The position numbers and the translations under genes were made by a program. 64,000 nucleotides of DNA from Candidatus Poribacteria bacterium (GTDB lineage Bacteria; Poribacteria; WGA-4E; PCPOR2b): NCBI GenBank assembly GCA_965116925.1, contig OZ220744.1, positions 2,176,001 through 2,240,000 on the forward strand, written 5' to 3'. The notes beneath the pieces are model-generated. The model was not told where the DNA came from. It saw only the letters and a program-made list of their open reading frames with translations, and ran no database searches. This document shows, one piece after another, positions 19,864 to 29,624 of the stretch (position 1 is its first letter; each line of letters opens with the position of its first letter).

Positions 19864-20313
19864 CTACCGAAGGCTTTTACGGAAAAACACCTCACCGACT
19901 CCTTCATTAATACCCGTGATAAACCCACACTCCTCAAACCCCATACGCCGATGCCACGCTTGAGGTTCAGGTTCATCAGCTTGCGATGAGCTATAGAGCG
20001 CCTCGTGCCCTGCGTCGTAGAGAAAGGTTTCAATGAACTGAAGCAAGGCTTTACCAACCCCCTGCCGACGGTATTCCGGCAATACACGGATCAGGGAAAT
20101 ATACGGCATGATTGACCACAAATACTCAAGCCGTACATACCCTACCCTTTCGCCATTCCACTCAGCAATCACAACATCCTCAATGCGATCGGGATTCAAA
20201 GCAGCGTGCGCCTCAATTTTTCGTTTTAACACTTCAGGGGGAATGTACCCATCCTGATACGCGAAATCCAAGTCATCAACTCTTGCAAAGCGTATCACTA
20301 TCTCGTCAGGCAT
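19864..20313 (-). CDS. GNAT family N-acetyltransferase
   Basis: VLPEYRRQGVGKALL acetyl-CoA binding motif; GAGGA RBS. Confidence 0.9.
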   Translation of the reverse strand: MPDEIVIRFARVDDLDFAYQDGYIPPEVLKRKIEAHAALNPDRIEDVVIAEWNGERVGYVRLEYLWSIMPYISLIRVLPEYRRQGVGKALLQFIETFLYDAGHEALYSSSQADEPEPQAWHRRMGFEECGFITGINEGVGEVFFRKSLR

Positions 20314-20414
20314 TTCTATTCCTCCTCTGTTGATTTTTAGAGTTTATACCACAGGGCGGGGGTATGTCAATCCTGTCGTTGTGAAAAGAGGAATTCATGG
20401 AGGATAGGACTATT

Positions 20415-20522
20415 TATAGTAGATTTTAGAATTAATGAGACACTCCAAATCGGCGCAGTTGGAAACAGCGCCTACCAAACATGGGGAGCGAAAGTGCCTA
20501 TTTATTTTTAGAATTCACTATA
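20415..20522 (+). mobile_element. Correia/RUP-like MITE, family A, copy 1 (108 bp)
   Basis: TATAGTAGATTTTAGAATTAAT...GAATTCACTATA ends; internal REP GGCGCAGTTGGAAACAGCGCCTAC; further copies at 43297, 50959 and 58025. Confidence 0.85.
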
Positions 20523-20570
20523 TGTTGGGATTCGGAGATCCCTCCTACAGATCCAATGAGGCAAACCGGA

Positions 20571-20600
20571 TTGACCGCAGAGACAGTATCGTGTTACAAT
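20571..20600 (+). promoter_or_regulatory. Probable sigma70 promoter
   Basis: TTGACC, 18 bp, TG-n-TACAAT, 40 bp before ATG 20640. Confidence 0.55.
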
Positions 20601-20639
20601 GCTGACACATTGATCATCGATAGGATCGAGGAAGAAACT

Positions 20640-21719
20640 ATGACAACAGAAACAGTACAATTAAAAACTGGTGAGCAACTTGTCATCAAGACACTACACC
20701 CACCGCTCCATGACTACGCTAGCAAAGTCGGCTGTTGGGGCGATATACGCGATGACCTGCTCAACGGAAAATTGACAGAATGGCTTTTCACGCCGTACTT
20801 CGTGGGCGAAATTGACGGCGAGGTTGTCGGCAGTATGAGTTATTATACGCCGACGGACACGCGCGATGTAGGTGTCGTGGAGTTTGTGCGAACAGAGGAG
20901 GAACATCGAAGCAAAGGCATCGCTTCGGCACTGATGGATTGCCTGATCCGGCGGTTTCGCGCCGATGATGGGATAGCACTCTACCTCTGTACCACCAATC
21001 CTATCGCCGGCAGCCTGTACGAAAAACATGGTTTCTGGTATCATGTGGGAGATGGGATGCGCTATCTCGCGCCCGATGCCGGGGACTTCGATCAGACCTA
21101 TCTGGCATTCTATGGACCGGCGCAAATCCGAGATGCCACGTGGGGAGATCTGCCTCGTGCCTCTGCGCTCTACAACCACCGTGAGCCGCGCTGGCTTGTC
21201 AAGGACTATTTCACCCAGACCTTCCGTGAGACCCGCTTTGAAAGCCACTTTGTGAGACTGATGCGACAGATCGAAGATCAGAACGGTGCGTTTGTCGTAT
21301 TAGAAAATCGCGAACAACGAATCGTCGGGACAGCGGTGCTGAAACGGTTTGACACCTTCCACGAACAGCATATCGCTACGCTCAGTTTTCGCGTCTGCCC
21401 GAATTACTTTGAGCAAGGTCCTGAACTTTTAACCGCTGCTGCGGAAAAAGCAAAAACCCTCTCGATTCAGGGGTTACAGATCTATATCGCTGACTGTGAC
21501 GACGACCAAAAAGAGATGGTGAAACAGGCAGGATTTGTCGAAGAAGCGCGTTTGCAGAATCGACTGTATGATGGAGAAAGCTGGATAGATATGTTAGTCT
21601 GCACCTTGTGGATGCCTGATGTTGCTCCATTGAGAAGCGAAGGGGATTATTACGGTAACAGGAAACCGTGGCAGGCAGAACGGGTTAATGCTGATTACAA
21701 CAAGAAGGGAAACAGATAG
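20640..21719 (+). CDS. Tandem-domain GNAT acetyltransferase
   Basis: HRSKGIASALM...LYEKHGF in domain 1; VCPNYFEQG...QAGFVEEARL in domain 2; start moved to ATG 20640 because the longer ORF start lies in repeats. Confidence 0.85.
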   Translation: MTTETVQLKTGEQLVIKTLHPPLHDYASKVGCWGDIRDDLLNGKLTEWLFTPYFVGEIDGEVVGSMSYYTPTDTRDVGVVEFVRTEEEHRSKGIASALMDCLIRRFRADDGIALYLCTTNPIAGSLYEKHGFWYHVGDGMRYLAPDAGDFDQTYLAFYGPAQIRDATWGDLPRASALYNHREPRWLVKDYFTQTFRETRFESHFVRLMRQIEDQNGAFVVLENREQRIVGTAVLKRFDTFHEQHIATLSFRVCPNYFEQGPELLTAAAEKAKTLSIQGLQIYIADCDDDQKEMVKQAGFVEEARLQNRLYDGESWIDMLVCTLWMPDVAPLRSEGDYYGNRKPWQAERVNADYNKKGNR

Positions 21720-21748
21720 GAACATCCAAACTAAGAAGGGATATCACA

Positions 21749-22786
21749 ATGTCAAAATCGAAGATCAGAGTGGGAATCGTTGGTGCTGGCGGTGTTGGTG
21801 GACTTGGCGGAAGAGACAACTCCCATGCCGGCGGCTATCGGCGGTGCGGGGAGGTTGATTTGGCAGCAGTCGCTGATATTAATGACGAACGGCTGCAACA
21901 GTTTGGCAACGAATGGGAAATCGCACCGGAACAGCGTTACAGCACCGCGCAGGAGATGTACGAAAAAGCGGATCTGGACATCGTGAGCGTAACCACCCAT
22001 AACTTCCATCATCATGAGCCGGTGATTGAGGCTGCAGAAGCGGGAATTAAGGTGATTATGGTAGAAAAACCGCTCGCTATTAGTGTCGAATGGGGACGGA
22101 AGATGGTCGAAGCCTGCGAAGCAAATGGGTGTCGGTTGGCTGTGGATCATACCCGTCGTTTCCTACCGCATTACCGCAGGCTGAAAAAAATGGTCGATGA
22201 CGGAGCGGTGGGAGATGTGCGAACCATCACCTACTCCGGGGCCCGTCCTCTGCTGCACAACGGCACACATACGGTGGACTACGCTTTCTACTTCACCTCG
22301 GCGCAACCCAAGTTAGTATCGGGTTTTCTCAGCGATGAACCCGTTGCCGATCCGGGCGGCGGAGGGATGGTTGTCTGCGAGGGTGGTGTGGTCATCTTTA
22401 TAAACTGCATCCCTACGCGCAAAGAATCTCTCAGCGATGTCATTATCGGGGGTACAGCGGGACAGATCCATTTCTGTGAGCGGCGCGGGATTTGGGAATA
22501 CGGGACCCTCGTTGAGGCGAGCGAAGGGTACGGTTCACGCTACGACTTTGAGCCCCTCCCGGATATGCCTGAAAATCTTATCCTTGACGACTATTTCTAC
22601 AGCGCGGCACGGGAAGCAGTGGACTGTCTGTTGGAAGATCGGGAAAGCGTCTCAACCGGGCGTGACGGACTGAAAGCGTTGGAAGTTATCACCGCCATGC
22701 ACATCTCGCATAAAACAGGGACGCAGGTTCCTCTACCCCTGAGAGAAGGGCTTGATAATGTAGAAATCCGATCGACGGGTCAGTAG
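21749..22786 (+). CDS. Gfo/Idh/MocA family oxidoreductase
   Basis: RVGIVGAGG, EKPLA, H.RRF, H.GTH.VD motifs. Confidence 0.92.
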   Translation: MSKSKIRVGIVGAGGVGGLGGRDNSHAGGYRRCGEVDLAAVADINDERLQQFGNEWEIAPEQRYSTAQEMYEKADLDIVSVTTHNFHHHEPVIEAAEAGIKVIMVEKPLAISVEWGRKMVEACEANGCRLAVDHTRRFLPHYRRLKKMVDDGAVGDVRTITYSGARPLLHNGTHTVDYAFYFTSAQPKLVSGFLSDEPVADPGGGGMVVCEGGVVIFINCIPTRKESLSDVIIGGTAGQIHFCERRGIWEYGTLVEASEGYGSRYDFEPLPDMPENLILDDYFYSAAREAVDCLLEDRESVSTGRDGLKALEVITAMHISHKTGTQVPLPLREGLDNVEIRSTGQ

Positions 22787-22866
22787 CACCTCAATAGATC
22801 GGGTGCAGACACCGGCAGCACCACTCTACTTTACCCGTCACAAATGCGTGTATTACGTTTCACGTT

Positions 22867-23628
22867 TCACGCCACATACCAATTATGGATGACATAAACC
22901 GGGGCAGATCCTTCCGCGAGGCGGATGGTCGCTTGATCTGCTCTTATCACAAACTCGTTCCGTAGGGTGTTTGTTCTGATCGGATCAACACGCAGCCCGT
23001 CCAAACTCCAGCGAAGGTTTGTACTGCTCTCGACAGTAACATTGGGGACTTCGGAGATGAGCGACACCCGTTGTACACCTTCGTTTTTTCGTTCGAGAGT
23101 CACGTCCGAAACGACGAAGTGAATTGTTTGAAGTGGATCTCGCATCTCTGCCTGCCAGCTATGCTTATCCCCATGTGGGCTCTCCTGAAACAGTTGGAGT
23201 CCGAGGCGCATTAACCGTAGATTGCCCAGAAAGTGATCTATTTCGTAACCGTTGGGGCGAGGGAGTCCACCGTAGAGTAGAATTTGCTGGCAGCTATATT
23301 CCGCGATCGCATAGGCGACCGCCAACTGTCCGTCTGTGTCATCCTTATCCACATGCCCGACCCACTCACGGACGATGTGCGTGCCAGACCGCTCCAACTG
23401 TTCAACGGTATCCGCCGGCATTTCCTCAAGGGAATCCAGATCGCCGATTAGGACGTTAGGGAAAATTGGGATGTCGGTGGTCTGGTTGAGTTCGGTGAAT
23501 AAGCGGATGCCCCCGTCAGCACAGATGAGTGGGTGCCTGTTTTCCGCCGCCCACGTCAGTGCTTCCTTGTAGAATTGAGGGTAGCGGAGGTCATAATGTC
23601 CATTGAGAAAAATTAAAGCAGATTTCAT
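22867..23628 (-). CDS. thiN: Thiamine pyrophosphokinase
   Basis: ALIFLNG, ICADGG, IGDLDS, DKDDTDGQLA, DHFLGN motifs. Confidence 0.85.
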   Translation of the reverse strand: MKSALIFLNGHYDLRYPQFYKEALTWAAENRHPLICADGGIRLFTELNQTTDIPIFPNVLIGDLDSLEEMPADTVEQLERSGTHIVREWVGHVDKDDTDGQLAVAYAIAEYSCQQILLYGGLPRPNGYEIDHFLGNLRLMRLGLQLFQESPHGDKHSWQAEMRDPLQTIHFVVSDVTLERKNEGVQRVSLISEVPNVTVESSTNLRWSLDGLRVDPIRTNTLRNEFVIRADQATIRLAEGSAPVYVIHNWYVA

Positions 23629-23649
23629 AACGTCTGAATTAGCAATCAG

Positions 23650-24561
23650 CTACGGGAGAAATAGATTGTAGGAGGCGAGCTGCTTGGCAGGACGATATGA
23701 GAGTTTCACACGTTTGAGGTTATCCAAGCCGGAGTCATCCATTGTGTTAATCCATTGATAGGTCGTTTGTTCTCGGCAGAACTCTCTGAAAAGAAATTGT
23801 GCTAACCCCTTGATTCGGAGATCTGTCACCTCAAAGAGGATACAGAAAATTTCGCTGTTGAGAGGGTATCCAAAGGTGTACCCTTTCAGGAGGCCATCAA
23901 TGAAAACGACTCTGCCGACCAAACCCAATTTTTCGTGGTTCATGAGTCCTGTGCGATGGGAATGCCAAGAATCTTCCAACATCGCTCGGTAAATTTCATC
24001 ATTGGACTGTGCATCTCGTTCCTGTTGCCATGATTCATAAAGCGCGAGGCAATCTGCGAGATGGGCGGGTTGGTACGGCTGCAACTGTGCGTCAGGATAA
24101 TTGCGGATCAGGGCGTTATAAGCAGCCCGTTTACTCTTGTAACGATCCCCCTTGAGTTGGATGAGGGCATCCGTTTGGTAAAGGTATTCGGTTTCTTTCT
24201 GAACGGCATGGAAGCCCATCTCTTGCAAAGAAGGAATCAGATTCGCTGGAACGTTTTCAATCCGTGCAATCTGCTTCGCACGATTGGCTTCAAGGGTGAA
24301 CCCATACGCTCGATGGATCACCCTTTGATTCAGTGACCGCCCCATTGGTAAAATCGGCATGAAGTAATCACCGTCCTGATTGACGAAAAGACAGAGCTGG
24401 TCATCAATTATTGTCCAGTAAAAATCGAAAAAGTTTCGCCATATATAGTGTGGAGCAAAGGCATAGCGCGACAGTTCCGCCGGCATTTGGCGGACGTATT
24501 GATCGAAAAGGGGTTTATCCTTTAACGTAAGTGGCTGTAGGTTCTTTGATAAATCAGGCAA
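23650..24561 (-). CDS. Stand-alone DUF2156 / aminoacyl-phosphatidylglycerol synthase-like (tRNA-dependent GNAT-fold) domain protein
   Basis: EYLYQTDALIQLKG.RYKSKR...N; WINTMDDSGLDNLKRVKLSYRP C-terminal signature. Confidence 0.85.
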   Translation of the reverse strand: MPDLSKNLQPLTLKDKPLFDQYVRQMPAELSRYAFAPHYIWRNFFDFYWTIIDDQLCLFVNQDGDYFMPILPMGRSLNQRVIHRAYGFTLEANRAKQIARIENVPANLIPSLQEMGFHAVQKETEYLYQTDALIQLKGDRYKSKRAAYNALIRNYPDAQLQPYQPAHLADCLALYESWQQERDAQSNDEIYRAMLEDSWHSHRTGLMNHEKLGLVGRVVFIDGLLKGYTFGYPLNSEIFCILFEVTDLRIKGLAQFLFREFCREQTTYQWINTMDDSGLDNLKRVKLSYRPAKQLASYNLFLP

Positions 24562-24564
24562 TTT

Positions 24565-25701
24565 TCAAGCAATGACCTGTTCGGTATGGTGGTCGAAAAG
24601 ATGGACCTGTTTGGCGTCGAAATCAAACCAAACGGACTGACCCGCATCGGGCTTGAATGCGGGATGTGTACGGCCTCTGAGGAGGATCAGATCTCCGGTG
24701 TGTGCATTTTCACCCAGAAATATATCAATAATATTGACCGACCCCAACGCTTCGACGAGATGCACCGATGCTTTGAAGCCCTTTTCAATCGGCTCCTTTG
24801 AGACGACAACATGCTCCGGTCTAATGCCAAAGATGATTTCAGTTGACTGACCGATGTGCGAGATCTGTTCTGCCGATAATTCGACCCAGACATCTGTGTG
24901 GTTCAGATGCAAGGCGGGTTTTCCGCCCCCAGTGGAATCAGGATTCAAAGCAGCATGTGACTGAACCGTGCCACTGATCAGGTTCATTGATGGACTTCCC
25001 ATGAATTGGGCGACGAAAACGGTCTGTGGCTGGTTATATACCTCTTGGGGTGTTCCGATCTGTTGCAAACGTCCTTGGTCCATGATGACGATACGATCTG
25101 CCATCGACATCGCTTCAACTTGGTCATGGGTGACGAAAATGGTGGTTGCTCCTAGTCTGTGCTGCAAGCGTTTCAGTTCCGCCCGCATGTCTACCCGCAA
25201 CTTCGCATCGAGGTTCGACATCGGCTCATCCATCAAGAACGCCTTGGGTTGACGGACCATCGCTCGTCCCAGTGCGACGCGTTGCATTTCGCCACCACTT
25301 AGATGGCTCGGCTTCCGATCCAGCATCGCCTGAATTTGCAGGATTGTTGCAACCGCTTTGACCCGTTCCTGAATTTCGGATTTCGGTGCTTTCACCGCTT
25401 TGAGCGGAAATGCGATGTTATCATAAACGGTCAGGTGGGGATAGAGCGCGTAAAATTGGAAGACAAATGCGATGTCCCGATCCGCGGGGGGTAACGCGTT
25501 TACTCGCTTCCCATCAATAAAGATGTCTCCCTCGTCGGGGTGTTCCAATCCGGCGATGGCTCGAAGCGTGGTTGTTTTTCCACAACCCGAAGGACCGAGG
25601 AAAACAACAAACTCTTGATCGTGGACTTCAAGGTTCATGTCGTCCACAGCAACGACATCCCCAAAACGTTTTGTGATGTGTTCAAGTTTAATCTCTGCCA
25701 T
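24565..25701 (-). CDS. MalK/UgpC-type carbohydrate ABC transporter ATP-binding protein
   Basis: GPSGCGKTT, VFQFYALYPH, LSGGEMQRVALGR, DEPMSNLDAKLR, C-terminal GIRPEH TOBE region; start at MAEIKL. Confidence 0.93.
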   Translation of the reverse strand: MAEIKLEHITKRFGDVVAVDDMNLEVHDQEFVVFLGPSGCGKTTTLRAIAGLEHPDEGDIFIDGKRVNALPPADRDIAFVFQFYALYPHLTVYDNIAFPLKAVKAPKSEIQERVKAVATILQIQAMLDRKPSHLSGGEMQRVALGRAMVRQPKAFLMDEPMSNLDAKLRVDMRAELKRLQHRLGATTIFVTHDQVEAMSMADRIVIMDQGRLQQIGTPQEVYNQPQTVFVAQFMGSPSMNLISGTVQSHAALNPDSTGGGKPALHLNHTDVWVELSAEQISHIGQSTEIIFGIRPEHVVVSKEPIEKGFKASVHLVEALGSVNIIDIFLGENAHTGDLILLRGRTHPAFKPDAGQSVWFDFDAKQVHLFDHHTEQVIA

Positions 25702-25743
25702 TTCTCGTATTTTAGCACACGCAAGAACAAATGAAAACCAAAA

Positions 25744-26877
25744 ATGACAACGACAACATGGGTGGAAGTGGATCTCTCTGCCATTCAATCTAACGCACGG
25801 GCAATCAAAGCGTATGCCCAAGGCAGCTCGCTGATTGCTGTAATCAAAGCTGATGCCTATGGACACGGTGTTATTCCGGTCGCCGAAGCATTACACGAGG
25901 AAGCCGCGATGTCCGCCGTCGCCACTGTGGGGGAAGCCGTTGAATTGCGTACCGCTGGCATTAGAAAGCCGGTACTGGTGCTGTTCAACGTGCTGCCCGC
26001 TCAAGTAGAAGCGATTGCTGATTATCAATTGACACCATCGGTGTATGAACCGACACTCTGCAAGGCGTTGTCCCGCGCAGCACAAGTGAAGGGAACGTTG
26101 GTTAAGGTGCATCTTGATGTGGATACCGGCATGAATCGCGGCGGGATATGGTATACAGAGGCGGTGGATTTCCTGAAATGGCTAACATCGCTGGAGGGGA
26201 TAAAGATTGAGGGCATCTTCACCCACTTCGCTACTGCGGATGAAGCTGATAAAAGCCACCTACATCTTCAGTTAGATCGGTTCAAGTTGGTGCTTTCCAG
26301 TCTTTCCAAATTAAACCTTCGGCCCCCGATTGTCCACGCTGCCAACAGTGCAGCTGCATTAACGCTTCCCGACGCCCATTTTGATGCAGTTCGTGTAGGT
26401 TTGAGTTTATACGGTGTCTATCCATCGCCTGATGTCAGAGAAACGAGTCCTGTATCGTTGCGTCCTGCCTTGAACTGGAAGGCACGTATTATTTCTTTGC
26501 GTCGGTCAATGCCAGGGGAAGGGATTAGCTACGGTCGCACTTACATAGTTGATGAACCGATATGGTTAGTTACATTACCTATTGGCTATGCCGATGGCTA
26601 TCCACGCGCGCTATCGAATCGTGGTGAAGCGTTGATTGGTGGAGTGAGGTGTCAACAGGTGGGATCGGTCTGTATGGATGGGACCGTCTTTCGGATTGAC
26701 ACACCGAAAGAGGATCCTCCCTTACGCATTGGCGATGAAGCCGTACTGATTGGGAAACAGGGAAACTTGGAGATTGCCGTCGATCAGGTTGCAGAAAAGG
26801 CGGGAAGCATCTCGTATGAGATTTTAACAGGAATAGGGAAACGGATCCCTCGGATTTATGTGAATCGGGAATCATAA
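25744..26877 (+). CDS. alr: Alanine racemase
   Basis: AVIKADAYGHG (PLP Lys), DTGMNR.G, HAANSA, ISYG, GYADGYPR, VCMD, ISYEI. Confidence 0.97.
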   Translation: MTTTTWVEVDLSAIQSNARAIKAYAQGSSLIAVIKADAYGHGVIPVAEALHEEAAMSAVATVGEAVELRTAGIRKPVLVLFNVLPAQVEAIADYQLTPSVYEPTLCKALSRAAQVKGTLVKVHLDVDTGMNRGGIWYTEAVDFLKWLTSLEGIKIEGIFTHFATADEADKSHLHLQLDRFKLVLSSLSKLNLRPPIVHAANSAAALTLPDAHFDAVRVGLSLYGVYPSPDVRETSPVSLRPALNWKARIISLRRSMPGEGISYGRTYIVDEPIWLVTLPIGYADGYPRALSNRGEALIGGVRCQQVGSVCMDGTVFRIDTPKEDPPLRIGDEAVLIGKQGNLEIAVDQVAEKAGSISYEILTGIGKRIPRIYVNRES

Positions 26878-26881
26878 GGGT

Positions 26882-26910
26882 TTGACATCAGGGCGGAAGG
26901 ATGATAAACT
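26882..26910 (+). promoter_or_regulatory. Sigma70 promoter
   Basis: TTGACA, 17 bp, TG-n-TAAACT upstream of the small ORF at 26961. Confidence 0.75.
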
Positions 26911-26960
26911 GAAGCACGGAATTTATTATCTGTCCCGGCCATACATTATAGGAGAATCCC

Positions 26961-27182
26961 ATGACGACGGAACAAGCAACCACCCTAAAAACGACTTTAG
27001 AATCAATGTTTGATCACATCGCCCAAAATGAGAGTATAATCGAAGATCTTGAGCAGATTGAGCGTCTCCAGCAGGAGGTTGGAACAACTGCCCCGCCGCA
27101 ATTACGTCATTATCTAGAACGTCGAAGTTATACCAAAGCACTCGATTTTCTGAGGGACGACTTCGTTCCTGATTCGGATTAA
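26961..27182 (+). CDS. Small hypothetical protein (73 aa)
   Basis: AGGAG RBS, own promoter; PQLRHYLERRSY.KAL.FL helical motif. Confidence 0.75.
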   Translation: MTTEQATTLKTTLESMFDHIAQNESIIEDLEQIERLQQEVGTTAPPQLRHYLERRSYTKALDFLRDDFVPDSD

Positions 27183-27240
27183 CATCACATAAGGTTTCAT
27201 TGAATGCAAACACGAGAAACCTAACAACCCAAATCCGCAA

Positions 27241-27996
27241 TTGAAATGCCCTGCAAACCGTAAACTGCTCATTCCATACGCCAGAATAATAAAAAAGAAA
27301 AAAGAAAATTATTTTAATTCGGAAGCAGAGAAGATTTACGGTGAAGTAAAGGGACCATATAACCAGAAAAGTATCAAAAAGAGAATTGAAGCCCTTTTTC
27401 TGGATAATCTCGGAAAGATTCTACTGCGAGAACAAATCATCGAAGCCGCTAGAAACCCGATAACCCAAAAGGACCCTGAAAATTGGCACCAGAGAGTATC
27501 GGAGTTACGGACTGATGATGGATACACAATTCTGTCATGGCGCAATCGAGGCGATCTAAAAATTCAAGAATACCTTATGCCTACCTCCGAAAAAAGACAG
27601 CGGATCAACAGGAGAGTCCGTCCACATGACGAAGTATGGCTACAGCTATTGGAAAAGGCGAACTACTCTTGTGAATGGGAGGAGGATGGTATTCGGTGCG
27701 GACTTGAGGACGGGCAAATAGATCCAATCGGGGGCGGCACCGTAAAACTAACGCCAGATCATAAAGCACCACATTCGATCAATGTTGAAACTGATCCGGG
27801 CGATCCCAATCAGTGGAGAGTCTTATGTGGGCGACATCAAGTTATGAAAAAGAATTTCTGGGATGATAGCACAGGCAAAATCAATGTTTATGCGATTGTC
27901 CAAGCTGCAAGTGAACAGGAAAAGCGGATTGTCTTCTCTTTTTTAGTCGATTATTTTGGATATCAAATTAACGACGAGAAATTGGAGAGGGAATAG
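27241..27996 (+). CDS. KpnI-like HNH type II restriction endonuclease; start uncertain
   Basis: RIEALFL.NLGK, PENWHQR.SELRTD.GYTILSW, ANYSCEW.EDG..CGL, IDPIGGGTVKLTPDH, LCGRHQVMKKN match R.KpnI as recalled (CCCH Zn finger, DH...Q active site). Confidence 0.85.
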   Translation: MKCPANRKLLIPYARIIKKKKENYFNSEAEKIYGEVKGPYNQKSIKKRIEALFLDNLGKILLREQIIEAARNPITQKDPENWHQRVSELRTDDGYTILSWRNRGDLKIQEYLMPTSEKRQRINRRVRPHDEVWLQLLEKANYSCEWEEDGIRCGLEDGQIDPIGGGTVKLTPDHKAPHSINVETDPGDPNQWRVLCGRHQVMKKNFWDDSTGKINVYAIVQAASEQEKRIVFSFLVDYFGYQINDEKLERE

Positions 27997-27998
27997 AC

Positions 27999-28805
27999 AT
28001 GACTCAAATGACTTTCGCAGAACTCGATGAAGTTACGCGTAATAATGGCAATAGAAAAGGAAATACTGTTATACTACCACCGATGGATGTATTTGAATCT
28101 ATTGAGTTGATTAAATCATCCGGTATTAAGCCGCGTGTCACAATGCTTGATCCGTGGTATAACAAAGGTTTTGGGGAGATAAGAACTGATTATAATGATT
28201 TTGTTATATCTATACTTGAAGCCCTAATTGGTGTCTCCGACCATCTGTTTTTGTGGGGTTTTCCTGAGATTATAGCTCAGTATTTTAATCAAATACCAAC
28301 TGAGTATCAGCTTGTTGCATGGCTCACTTGGTACTATAAGAATAACCCATCTGTTATCCGAGGTTGGCGATCGAGTCAGAACGCTTGCTTACATCTTTCT
28401 CAGGGTGATGCAAAACTATATCCCGAACATTTTTTGAATGACGCGCAAAAAGAAAAGCTAAAAGCAGGAAAACTAAGATATATGCCGGGTCCAACAAGTG
28501 TCATAGAAGCCGCCTTGTTGGTAGGCTTTGTGGGTAAGGATGAGCAAACGGGTCATCCATCTCAGAAACCGTTAAAAGTATATGAGCAGCTTTTTTTTAT
28601 GACGACAAAAGAAGAAGATTTAATTTATGACCCCATGTGTGGATCTGGGACTGCTGGTGCATTTGCATTGGAACATAATCGGAGCGCAATTTTATCAGAT
28701 ATCAACGAGGAATATATCTCTATCGTTGAGTCAAGGCTGTTAGAAAAGAGAATTCAGTCTAACAAAGCATCGCCCTTAATGCTTACAACGACATTACAAG
28801 CATGA
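27999..28805 (+). CDS. Beta-class amino (N6-adenine/N4-cytosine) DNA methyltransferase
   Basis: DPWY (DPPY-like) catalytic motif precedes HPSQKP and DPMCGSGT SAM-binding motif; 2 bp downstream of the endonuclease. Confidence 0.9.
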   Translation: MTQMTFAELDEVTRNNGNRKGNTVILPPMDVFESIELIKSSGIKPRVTMLDPWYNKGFGEIRTDYNDFVISILEALIGVSDHLFLWGFPEIIAQYFNQIPTEYQLVAWLTWYYKNNPSVIRGWRSSQNACLHLSQGDAKLYPEHFLNDAQKEKLKAGKLRYMPGPTSVIEAALLVGFVGKDEQTGHPSQKPLKVYEQLFFMTTKEEDLIYDPMCGSGTAGAFALEHNRSAILSDINEEYISIVESRLLEKRIQSNKASPLMLTTTLQA

Positions 28806-28856
28806 GCAAACCTGTGGTATATGATTGAAAGTCAAAAAAGAAAAAGAGGCACTAAA

Positions 28857-29624
28857 ATGGCAAGAGAAGATCGGCGTACGCCGAGTCAGATGCGTCCAAC
28901 CCGTATCGTTCGGAATTACACTAAACACCCGGAGGGATCTGTCCTGATTGCTGTCGGCGATACAAAGGTTGTTTGTACGGCATCGGTGGAGGAGTCGCAG
29001 CCGCGTTTCATGCGTGAGCAAAACCGCCGAAATCGAGGCTGGGTTACTGCGGAGTATTCAATGCTGCCCCGTTCCACCTCCGACCGGATGCGGCGTGAGG
29101 TTACCCGCGGATCGCTTGGCGGGAGAACGCAAGAAATTCAACGACTTATCGGTAGATCTTTGCGGGCGATCGTAGACTTCAAAGCCCTCGGTGAACGCAC
29201 AATCTGGATTGATTGCGACGTCATCCAAGCGGACGGGGGCACACGCACTGCATCAATTACCGGCGCATTTGTCGCGCTTTGGGATGCTTGTCAATGGCTG
29301 ATGGATCAGGAATTGATAAAAACAATTCCAATCATCGAACATGTGGCAGCAACCAGTGTTGGCATTATCAACGGAACACCTATGTTAGACCTCTGTTACA
29401 CGGAGGATTCTAGTGCTGATGTCGATATGAATGTTGTCATGACAGGCGCGGGGAAATTCGTGGAGATTCAAGGCACTGCAGAAGAGACCCCTTTCTCAAA
29501 GGAGGAATCGGATCAGCTGCTCGATCTGGCGGTCAACGGCATTGAACAATTGATCCGCCTTCAAAAACAGATTATCATTGAGAATAGAGATGAAGTTAGT
29601 ATTGGCAACTCGGAATCAGGGTAA
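28857..29624 (+). CDS. rph: Ribonuclease PH
   Basis: EGSVL...[55 protein letters not shown]. Confidence 0.98.
   Translation: MAREDRRTPSQMRPTRIVRNYTKHPEGSVLIAVGDTKVVCTASVEESQPRFMREQNRRNRGWVTAEYSMLPRSTSDRMRREVTRGSLGGRTQEIQRLIGRSLRAIVDFKALGERTIWIDCDVIQADGGTRTASITGAFVALWDACQWLMDQELIKTIPIIEHVAATSVGIINGTPMLDLCYTEDSSADVDMNVVMTGAGKFVEIQGTAEETPFSKEESDQLLDLAVNGIEQLIRLQKQIIIENRDEVSIGNSESG

Noticed and set aside
20481..20639. N-terminal extension of the GNAT ORF in the ORF track
   Set aside because: It lies inside a MITE/REP and upstream of a promoter-like motif; ATG 20640 is the better start.
25702..25866. Extended N-terminus of the ABC ATPase overlapping alr
   Set aside because: Homology begins at MAEIKLE (25701); the extension is antisense to alr.
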